DNA of 32,974 nt from Deltaproteobacteria bacterium (GTDB lineage Bacteria > Desulfobacterota > Desulfarculia > Adiutricales > Adiutricaceae), in contig JAITQT010000109.1 of the NCBI GenBank assembly GCA_031288745.1, positions 1 to 32,974 of the forward strand. The letters run 5' to 3'. The notes below the pieces were generated by a model. It was not told the origin of the DNA and searched no databases. It worked only from the letters and a program-made list of their open reading frames with translations. Position 1 is the stretch's first letter. Every line of letters begins with the position of its first letter. The translations under genes and the position numbers were made by a program. Positions 25,317-32,974 of the stretch are shown here, one piece after another.

Positions 25317-26336
25317 TCAATAAAGGACGACTTTTAAGCGATTGGTTCGCTCATGGCCCGCGACGAAAACCATAGCCTCACGATCATTCCAGTTAACCTC
25401 TAAATCAACAGAGCGCTCTTTGGAGTCCAGGCAGGTGGCCTTTAAGCTAAAACCTAGCCAAGGTTTATCGCTTTTTAATCTCAGTGAGGTTATTTGAGTA
25501 CAGGCTGTGGGGTCCAAAACAGCCGCGACGTATTTATAAACCCGCGATTCGCTTCCAGTGTAACCGATATTATAGTCGAGATTTTTGGCGTTAATGGTCT
25601 GGTTCTGCATAACCTTTAAATCAGAGGCCAGACTGTTTTCATCATAAACAACCTCGGTGGCTTTCGCCGCCTGGGGGCTTTCGCCCATATTGCGAGCCGT
25701 TCGCCAAGAAAAATAAAAGATAGCGGCCTCGACCGCGAAGACGACAACCAGACAGCCCACAAGAACTATGCCCCAGTTTCGCTTTGAAAGAGGGCTTAGT
25801 TGATTAAGAGGGGTAACTTCAGCCCAGGCCACGGCCCGATACGCACCGGAAGAATCAAGGCCTCCAACGAATTGGGTACCGTGGCGAATCTTTGGTTTTT
25901 TTTCTTGAGAGGGCTCGGTATTTAAGATATCGTCAATATTGATTTTGACAACATAGCGCTCCCCGCAATTCGGGCAAGTCTCCCAGGCCCCCTCCTGAGG
26001 GATTTTGGAGACGGGTATTTTATAACGCCCCAGACACTTAGGGCAGACGACAACTCGAAAGGTCTCCTTAGCCTTGGGCTTGGTTTTGCTATTAGGCTTA
26101 AGCCGCTCGACCCGGGCGACCCTTTTAACTTTAATAAGGCCGCCCTCGTCTTTTCCTAAAATAAGCTCCGAGCGGCAAACGCTACACTCGGCTGCAGTTT
26201 CGCCTAAAGGGAAAAGGGTGGGGTCAATGTGGCACAGAGAGCTGCAGATCGGACAAACCAACCGATTCGCATCCTCCGTAGATTGGGCCGAAGCCTTAAG
26301 AGCGGCTTCGGCCTCTATCTTTTCTACCGCGCTCAA
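25317..26336 (-). CDS. double zinc-ribbon, single-pass membrane protein of unknown function
   Basis: 339 aa with two CxxC..CxxC units (CPICSSLC..CSVCRSEL and CPKCLGRY..CPNCGERY), a TM segment (WGIVLVGCLVVVFAVEAAIFYFSW) and a C-terminal domain of about 125 aa. The TTG start overlaps the TGA stop of the pilY1-like gene. Confidence 0.65.
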   Translation of the reverse strand: MSAVEKIEAEAALKASAQSTEDANRLVCPICSSLCHIDPTLFPLGETAAECSVCRSELILGKDEGGLIKVKRVARVERLKPNSKTKPKAKETFRVVVCPKCLGRYKIPVSKIPQEGAWETCPNCGERYVVKINIDDILNTEPSQEKKPKIRHGTQFVGGLDSSGAYRAVAWAEVTPLNQLSPLSKRNWGIVLVGCLVVVFAVEAAIFYFSWRTARNMGESPQAAKATEVVYDENSLASDLKVMQNQTINAKNLDYNIGYTGSESRVYKYVAAVLDPTACTQITSLRLKSDKPWLGFSLKATCLDSKERSVDLEVNWNDREAMVFVAGHERTNRLKVVLY

Positions 26337-29300
26337 TCAGTTATTCCAATGTTAGAGAAATCCAAAACTTCTCTCCAGGATTTAACACCGCCTTTAGAAA
26401 AATTTCCGTCAGGCAGGTTAAAGTGCTCGTCAGAACCAGATTGGTTAATATAAGATATCTTAGCGTGCTTGCCGCCGCCACCAGTTCCTCCGTTGGAACT
26501 CGAGCTACCGCTAAGCCCGCCGCTAGAAGTTGAAGTATCGGTGGTGCCAGTGATAACCAGAGTCGGAGCCGAGGTTTTACCCTCGAAGGAAGCCATGTGA
26601 TCAGAGACCGGAGGCTTTCCAGTTATGGGGTGAGATTGTTGAATACTCTCTTGGAAATTATTAATCGAAGAAAAGGAGGTTGCCCCAAAATCTGGTTTGG
26701 GTAAACCAGTAAAGGTATCGAGCAACAAGGCAAAACTACGGCCGGCAGCACCGCAAGAGACAGAATCGGGCAAAAAGGAGGTATAGGCCATAATCGAGCC
26801 GGTGGGGCCGTAGGGTACCAGAGCCGCCTGATCGACCACCATCTCAACGCTAAGCCCCTTCCACCAATCAGAGTTTTCACTACCTGGTTTAAAGGGATTG
26901 TCAACCTCAGAGTTATCGACATAAATTTCCGAATTAGTCTTTAAGGCCCTTCTATAACCGCCATAATTATCAGAGATGACATTGGATAACTTTTCGTAAC
27001 TATTCAGCTCTTCCCCGCCGCTATTTATGGGCATCACCGCGCCATTGGCGTTAAGGGTTTGGACTTCACCTTCGGGATAAACCAAAATGTTGGAAACGTC
27101 CATTAAGTTATTCTCGGAGACCTCATTAAAAATTAGTTCGCCTTGAGAGTTAATTGGCTCTTTAATACCGTAAATATAATTTACGTGATTTAGACGACAC
27201 TCTTTAGTATCCCCAGCCCCTTCGCACAGGTGGCTATCATCATTTGAATAGTACCTACCGGTTCCAAAAACAACCCACAAACGGCCCTTGGCATCATAGG
27301 TTGCGTTGACTGCGGCGGTCACAGGTCTGTCAGTCTCAAAGAAAGGCTTAAAGTTTTGTTGCCAGGAATTTGGATTGATCGCATTCCCGCTAGAATTTGT
27401 CATATTAAGTCTAAAAACCGCCCCCTTGTCTAAATAGCCTTTGTTGCCGTATTTAGAACTACCGCATCTGTCCTGCGGCCAAGAGAGATAGGCATCTATA
27501 TCGTTTTCTTTTTCTAGACATAATAAAGAGCTAGTATCTTTGTCGGGGGCCGACTGAACAAGGCTAAAGTAGGCCAGGGCGTTAGACCAGCTAACCGAGT
27601 CGCCTTCTCTAATAACCGTGGAGGCTGGAGCCCTCAGGACTTGAGTCTGGGCTACGAAGGACTTGGGCCTATTAGTTTCTAAAATCCTGAATTCAGAGCT
27701 AGGCCCATTAATAGCGTCAAAGACGAAAACCTTAGCCGATTGGTTACTATAACCTTTATAGGCATTAGGCCCCTTATCAGGGGAGGGAACGGTTATTTTT
27801 TTGGCCGGATCATAGTTGTCGTAGGTCGGGCCACTACCAATTAAAGCGTACCATTTATCTCCTCCACTGGTGTTTCGCACCACAGTAGGCCTGGCCACCA
27901 CTAGCCCCAACTGAGGATGGCTAAAGCGCCACAAAAGGATGGGGTCAGTGTCTGGATTGGTCACGTCAAGGGCGAAAACCTCGGAATACGAGTAGCTCGG
28001 AGGATTAGACTTAGTTTCGATAGCCCTGCCTCCGAAACGGAGACTACCAATGATAAGGGTGCGCCAAGCGTCCGAGCCCTTAGAGGGGTCTTTAACCTCA
28101 ACCACCGTGGGGGTTAAATCGAGGTAATAGCTATGGGCGTAATCTTGTCGAGCCAGCCACTGTAAATGGGGTAGGATCGACTGAGGTATAAAGGACCAGA
28201 TCTCGCTCCCAATTTTAGTTAGTGGATCATCTTTGTAACCATTTTGACCCTCTCTGAGAGAATATGGTTTGCCAAGATTGACCGCATGAAGCATGCCGTC
28301 GTTAGCCCCCACCACCGCTAGGTGACGCCTCTTAGCGTAATTATTACGATACTGGGCGTAGGAACCGTCGCTATATTGATTATCGTAGGATGAAAATGGG
28401 GAACCTACAATGATGGGCTGAGAGTTAATTATATCTCCCAAACGACAAGTGATGGGTGTACCGGGCGATAAATCTGGCCAAGGTGATAAAGTCTGACGAG
28501 AGCGAAATTCGCCATTATCCCAACCTAAGACGTAATCAATGAGATTTTTGGCCGTTAGGGCGTCACTCTGGAGCAGATACGGGGCTAGGGCCGAGGCTTT
28601 ATCGGGTGAAAAGATATTATTGTTCCCAAAAGTAGTTGGAGTAGACCCGTTTAAGAGCTCATGATAGAAATAGACCCGCCGACCTTTGGAAGCTAAAGCA
28701 GTCAATGCTCTTGCTTTAGTCACTTCTTCATAAGAGTTAAGGCGAGCCAGGGTTTTACTCAAATCCCAGATAGTGTAAATTTTCTGCAAAGGCACGTATT
28801 GCAGACGCGCATTGCGATCGGGGAGGTTTTTGCCATTTTGGTCAGGAAAGACCCTAGCCACCGACTTTATATCGGCTTCATCCCTTACCTTCGAGCAGGC
28901 TAAGGTATCGGCTGCAGTGGGGAGCCTATTACAATCGACAAACTCGACGATCCAATCGCCCTTGGAACTAGGTCCACGAGAGGAATTAGCATCTCCAGCG
29001 AACCCGCAATCAAGATCTAATATACCGTTGCCATTGGTATCTTCACGCAAATTACCCCACAAATCCACAAACAACGCGTAAGTGCCGCCAAGCCACTTTA
29101 TTTCCGGGTAATCTGGAGAGTTTACCGGCGTATGCACCGTCTGAAAATAAGTGCGCACAGTCACGCCGCCGCCTAAGACCTGATTAACGGAAGCGGAAGT
29201 GGCCGTACCCACGTTTAGGGTACTCATGATCCTCTCAAAGGCTTCTGAAAGTTTTTCTTTGAGCTGACTTAGGTTGGCAGCGTAGAAATAATTATCGGGA

Positions 29301-32300
29301 ATCCCGTCGCCGTTTGGAGCCGGCAAGATATCGTATTCGTCTTTTTCCGGTTTGCCGTTGTGGTTTTCATCGTTAAACCCACCATATTTAGCCGCTAACC
29401 ATAAAGGATCGGGTAAATAGTTGGGAGGCGCAGGGGCCTGACCAGGGGCCGGGAACCTAAAAAATCTAGTTGCGGTTAGTGGAAGCCTCGCTGAACCGCA
29501 GCTCGGCACAGCCAAATTATGGGCCTTAACGTCAAAATCATTTACAAAACCAGGCATCTGAAGATTCCCGGCCTTACCGTCTTTAAAAAGGACTGGGTTA
29601 CTATCGGCGGCCGTAAAATTTTGAGGTTCAATCTTAATCGTTCCGGCCCGGTAGCAGGTGGGCGGCGTGTTAAGAGAATGGGCTATGGTCATCAAACCCT
29701 TCTCTTCACCGGAAGTCATATGGGACGTCAAGCCCTCATTTAAGATAGTCATGGGGCTACCGCCCATGTAATTGTGCTCGTTTTGGATTTCCAAATAGAC
29801 CCCTTCGGCGTTACCTAAGACGCGGCTGGGGTTATCTTTTTTACTCTCTGGGAAGTTAAGCCCCCCGTGGAGATAGTAGCCGATGTTAATCGGCATATTG
29901 CGATCGGTGTTGTCAATCTTTTCATAGAGAGAATAGACAAAGACGGCCACGCCTATGGCGTCTTTCATTTCTTCGGGTTTACCAATCTTTTTGTAGATTC
30001 GGCCGGGTTCTCCAATATAGCCGTAGACGTCCATGACCTCTTCGTAGCCTAAGTCGGTAAAGGGGCGATCGATAAAAAGGCTCGAGGTCTCATCGGGCAC
30101 GAAATCCTGATTTTTCTCTTTAGTTATGTCGTTTGAAGAGTAGTCATAAAAATTTGAGGCCCCCGGTAGCTTTCTCACCTCAGCCTGTCTAGCCGAGTTT
30201 CCGCCAGTGTCATCATAACCGCCATACTGGGAATAAACCGATCTAGCGTAGCTCTGCATCAAGGTTGGATCGGGGTCAGTTCTGTGACTAAGTATGCCTG
30301 TGGGCCTATGAAAATAGGCTGGTATCTGTGACCAGCGCTTGGGCATGTAAGCGGCAATATGGTAATTTTTAGGCCGTTCACTAGAATAGATGTAGTTGGG
30401 TCTAGAAGCGTGATCCCAGCTTTTATAGACCCATTCCCGATGGCGCTTAAAAGGGGCCGCAGCGTAGCGGCCGTCAGCGAAATCATTTAATATTTTCTTA
30501 GCTATCTGTCTATCGGCCGCGCTACCGCAACCGGTTATTTTATCGCGGTTCTTATCATTACACCTTGTGGTGTCGATAATATGTTCGAAAATTTGATAAT
30601 TATACTTCTTAGAATATTTTTCTTGCTTATAATAGACATAAGCCGTATCTCTTTCATCATCTCTAGATGGATAGCCCTCTTTATATTTATGATCTTGTTC
30701 GTAGCGAAAACTTTCCTTATGAGGCATATTGCTATCTGGATCGCACTCGCCCTGATAGCATTCGCGAATAAGATCAAAATAATATCGAACCGGGGCGTCT
30801 AACTGATAATCGTTACCCTCGCCCTCTAAGCGGCCGGTAAACCCAGCGAAAAGGGCCCCACTGTAGACCCTCCCCTCGTCGTCAGCTCGCCACTGAATGA
30901 CGTTGGTAGCAAAAGGACCGACATACTGGATGCCGTAGGGCTTGTTGTTGCCGTCCTTACAAAACCTAGTGTCTCCGTCGTTATTTCCGCAGGGGTAGCT
31001 CACGCTCATGGCCACAGGGCTAATTGAAATGACTTGACCATTGGCCGCGAGTTTGATTTCTGGAAAGATGGTAGGTAAGGCCACCGCGAAGGTCTGGACC
31101 TTGTTGCCAGAGCCATCGAAATCGTGGGTGTTACCATAATAGGCCGCTGCGGCCACGGCGTAGGTCCCGTAGGTTTGCGGGGCCCCAGGGCAAATACCCC
31201 TCACTTGGGCGAGAGAAGTAATCTTTCTTGGAATACAAAGATTCTCGTCGCCATCTGAAGGAGGCTGCCTGGAAACTTTACCTTCCGTTTTAGCTCCAGC
31301 AGTTCCAGAGTTGGTATTGGCGATATAGTAATATTGACCGCTAAAGCCCTCTAGCTTAGTGATGACGTTAAGATAGGCGCTCATGTTAAAGGACTTACTA
31401 AGGCCCTCGGTATTTACGAATCTATCACCGTCAGCATAATTTAGATTCAGAGTCGGAATACTACCCGCCCCTTCGCGCAAGGCGTGGGGAGAGCCGGGCA
31501 GCATATCTCCGTCGTGGCTAGTGGTGGTCGAACTTAAGATAAGAATAACTGGCTTTAGGCAATCGCCAGCGTTGGCAAATAGCGGAGAATTCCAAGAATC
31601 GAATGAAGATGAGCCTAAACGAGGCAGATCCACGCTCTCCTCACTTTGCATCAAAGAAGAGGAAGGATAGACGCTATAGGTAGCGGTAGTAGTATTTTTC
31701 GCAAAATACAAAAGCGCGGCATAGACCATCTCTCCCATGGGATTTCCAAAATTGCTCTCCATGGGATCGCGCCAGCCGATTCTGTATTTTTCAAACGTCG
31801 CGTCAACCTTATCGCGTTTATCAGATAAAGGTTTCAGACGAGCTTTGGTAACCTGAGTTATGCTATCGAACATCAGGAAAATATTGTTTTTAGACGTTCC
31901 CTTATAAGTGCCGTCAGGGTTAACCTGGTTTTTAATCGAGCCGACATTATGCCTCAGCCAGCCCGCATCCCAACGGTTAACATCATTAAAGGCACCAGTG
32001 AAAAGACCAAATAAGGCCTGATCCATTTCGGCGTATTTCTGAAGTAGACCAGTGGGCTTAAAGTAATCGCCGTAACGCTGACAATAGTCGCCCTTTTCTA
32101 TTAAAGCATCCTCGGGTATATAATCGGCCTTACTTGGCTTTGAAACTCCGCTTTTTCCCACAGAATAATCAAGGCGCTCGGTAAAGTTATGAACTTCCTT
32201 TTTGGTTAACGGCCTACAGGCCTCAACCACGATTTCTAGTTCAGTAAGCTTATAATCTTCGGCAAAGGAATTGAGGACGTAGGTTAAGGGAGTGTACTGC

Positions 32301-32974
32301 TGACGGTATTTAGGTGGATAATAGGCGTTAAAAGACCTAAAGCCCTCGTGATTGGTGACGTCTTCCTTCTGACGCATAAACCAGATGCCGTCGATAATAT
32401 AGAGCTTTTTGTCAGCCCGGCCGTAACTATTTAGTCGCCGGTACTTTCCGGCCCAGCGATCGGGGTTAATAGGCGTGTATTTACGCGTATCGTAATAAGG
32501 GGAGCCCTCGTTATAATCAAGCCAAAAATATTGGGTAAAATCATCGTAGCTCCAGGCCCCAGCGTTTTCTGGGATATCTTCAGCCGTAATATAGGTTAAA
32601 CCCGGCAGATCAACCACTCTCTTGCCGCCGTAAAGGACCTGACGGACCACATCAATACGCGAACTAGTCATCCAATTGAGCCAGTTTCCGCTCCAAACCC
32701 TTACATTGGCGTTTATGGCACCAGTTTTCATATTTTTACCGTAACGTTCTAGCGTTTCCCCTCCCGTCACCAAATCTTTGACCTTGCAAATGCCGGTCTT
32801 TGATCTAGGTGCCCTAAAATTAGGACGGGCGTTTTCCGAATCGTCGTGGCCGTTAGCAATGGCCGTGTGAAGACGAGTAGAGTCGGGATTACCAGAGGTC
32901 GCATCTTCCTTATCTTCAATACTAGGTCCTAGCCGGACAAAGTGACCTCTTTTGGTAGCGTCTTCGCCAGTAAG
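26333..32974 (-). CDS. pilY1: giant PilY1-like type IV pilus tip adhesin, 5'-truncated by the window edge
   Basis: The frame stays open for 67 codons upstream of the tracked TTG (32773) to position 32974, so the protein has at least 2213 aa. PilY1 C-terminal domain signatures: LGDIINSQPIIVG, VVGANDGMLHAVN, WSFIPQSILPHL, WRTLIIGSLRFGGRA, VFALDVTNP, LWVVFGTGRYY. vWA-like N-terminal part: NPMGEMVYAALLYFA, KPVILILSSTTTSHDGD, LWLAAKYGGFND..NGDGIPDNYF. Confidence 0.85.
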   Translation of the reverse strand, partial: LTGEDATKRGHFVRLGPSIEDKEDATSGNPDSTRLHTAIANGHDDSENARPNFRAPRSKTGICKVKDLVTGGETLERYGKNMKTGAINANVRVWSGNWLNWMTSSRIDVVRQVLYGGKRVVDLPGLTYITAEDIPENAGAWSYDDFTQYFWLDYNEGSPYYDTRKYTPINPDRWAGKYRRLNSYGRADKKLYIIDGIWFMRQKEDVTNHEGFRSFNAYYPPKYRQQYTPLTYVLNSFAEDYKLTELEIVVEACRPLTKKEVHNFTERLDYSVGKSGVSKPSKADYIPEDALIEKGDYCQRYGDYFKPTGLLQKYAEMDQALFGLFTGAFNDVNRWDAGWLRHNVGSIKNQVNPDGTYKGTSKNNIFLMFDSITQVTKARLKPLSDKRDKVDATFEKYRIGWRDPMESNFGNPMGEMVYAALLYFAKNTTTATYSVYPSSSLMQSEESVDLPRLGSSSFDSWNSPLFANAGDCLKPVILILSSTTTSHDGDMLPGSPHALREGAGSIPTLNLNYADGDRFVNTEGLSKSFNMSAYLNVITKLEGFSGQYYYIANTNSGTAGAKTEGKVSRQPPSDGDENLCIPRKITSLAQVRGICPGAPQTYGTYAVAAAAYYGNTHDFDGSGNKVQTFAVALPTIFPEIKLAANGQVISISPVAMSVSYPCGNNDGDTRFCKDGNNKPYGIQYVGPFATNVIQWRADDEGRVYSGALFAGFTGRLEGEGNDYQLDAPVRYYFDLIRECYQGECDPDSNMPHKESFRYEQDHKYKEGYPSRDDERDTAYVYYKQEKYSKKYNYQIFEHIIDTTRCNDKNRDKITGCGSAADRQIAKKILNDFADGRYAAAPFKRHREWVYKSWDHASRPNYIYSSERPKNYHIAAYMPKRWSQIPAYFHRPTGILSHRTDPDPTLMQSYARSVYSQYGGYDDTGGNSARQAEVRKLPGASNFYDYSSNDITKEKNQDFVPDETSSLFIDRPFTDLGYEEVMDVYGYIGEPGRIYKKIGKPEEMKDAIGVAVFVYSLYEKIDNTDRNMPINIGYYLHGGLNFPESKKDNPSRVLGNAEGVYLEIQNEHNYMGGSPMTILNEGLTSHMTSGEEKGLMTIAHSLNTPPTCYRAGTIKIEPQNFTAADSNPVLFKDGKAGNLQMPGFVNDFDVKAHNLAVPSCGSARLPLTATRFFRFPAPGQAPAPPNYLPDPLWLAAKYGGFNDENHNGKPEKDEYDILPAPNGDGIPDNYFYAANLSQLKEKLSEAFERIMSTLNVGTATSASVNQVLGGGVTVRTYFQTVHTPVNSPDYPEIKWLGGTYALFVDLWGNLREDTNGNGILDLDCGFAGDANSSRGPSSKGDWIVEFVDCNRLPTAADTLACSKVRDEADIKSVARVFPDQNGKNLPDRNARLQYVPLQKIYTIWDLSKTLARLNSYEEVTKARALTALASKGRRVYFYHELLNGSTPTTFGNNNIFSPDKASALAPYLLQSDALTAKNLIDYVLGWDNGEFRSRQTLSPWPDLSPGTPITCRLGDIINSQPIIVGSPFSSYDNQYSDGSYAQYRNNYAKRRHLAVVGANDGMLHAVNLGKPYSLREGQNGYKDDPLTKIGSEIWSFIPQSILPHLQWLARQDYAHSYYLDLTPTVVEVKDPSKGSDAWRTLIIGSLRFGGRAIETKSNPPSYSYSEVFALDVTNPDTDPILLWRFSHPQLGLVVARPTVVRNTSGGDKWYALIGSGPTYDNYDPAKKITVPSPDKGPNAYKGYSNQSAKVFVFDAINGPSSEFRILETNRPKSFVAQTQVLRAPASTVIREGDSVSWSNALAYFSLVQSAPDKDTSSLLCLEKENDIDAYLSWPQDRCGSSKYGNKGYLDKGAVFRLNMTNSSGNAINPNSWQQNFKPFFETDRPVTAAVNATYDAKGRLWVVFGTGRYYSNDDSHLCEGAGDTKECRLNHVNYIYGIKEPINSQGELIFNEVSENNLMDVSNILVYPEGEVQTLNANGAVMPINSGGEELNSYEKLSNVISDNYGGYRRALKTNSEIYVDNSEVDNPFKPGSENSDWWKGLSVEMVVDQAALVPYGPTGSIMAYTSFLPDSVSCGAAGRSFALLLDTFTGLPKPDFGATSFSSINNFQESIQQSHPITGKPPVSDHMASFEGKTSAPTLVITGTTDTSTSSGGLSGSSSSNGGTGGGGKHAKISYINQSGSDEHFNLPDGNFSKGGVKSWREVLDFSNIGITD

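Noticed and set aside
26623-30802. Several 60-100-aa ORFs on both strands inside the pilY1-like gene (e.g. 26623-26922, 28812-29081, 30535-30777, 30581-30802)
   Set aside because: They are all nested in or antisense to a long ORF with strong family signatures. They have low-complexity or AT-patch-driven translations and no SD.

Overview
Bacterial chromosomal window with diderm-type gene content; the lineage cannot be assigned from the sequence alone. From 0 to 21 kb there are housekeeping genes: argD-argF, nadB, serS, a transpeptidase-type PBP, a nitroreductase, an orphan family-5 solute-binding protein, two large TPR proteins and an IHF-like gene. They are separated by unusually long ORF-free spacers. 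From 22.2 to 33.0 kb on the minus strand lies a type IV pilus tip/minor-pilin operon. It is led by a giant PilY1-like gene that stays open to the window edge (at least 2213 codons), followed by a double zinc-ribbon membrane protein and PilW-, FimT/GspH-, PilV- and PilX-like pseudopilins. The most unusual content is non-coding. There are five copies of a 250-400 nt ORF-free, apparently structured element, called R here. Its ends are complementary and one internal helix shows a compensatory change. There is also a 110-bp MITE with 16-bp terminal inverted repeats and 6-bp target-site duplications, in four copies, two of them nested inside R. A decayed IS110-family transposase pseudogene is bracketed by a 15-16 nt direct repeat, and two shorter motif families (H and M) recur in the same spacers. 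No rRNA, tRNA or CRISPR array was found. All functional calls come from reading motifs in the translations, not from database searches.
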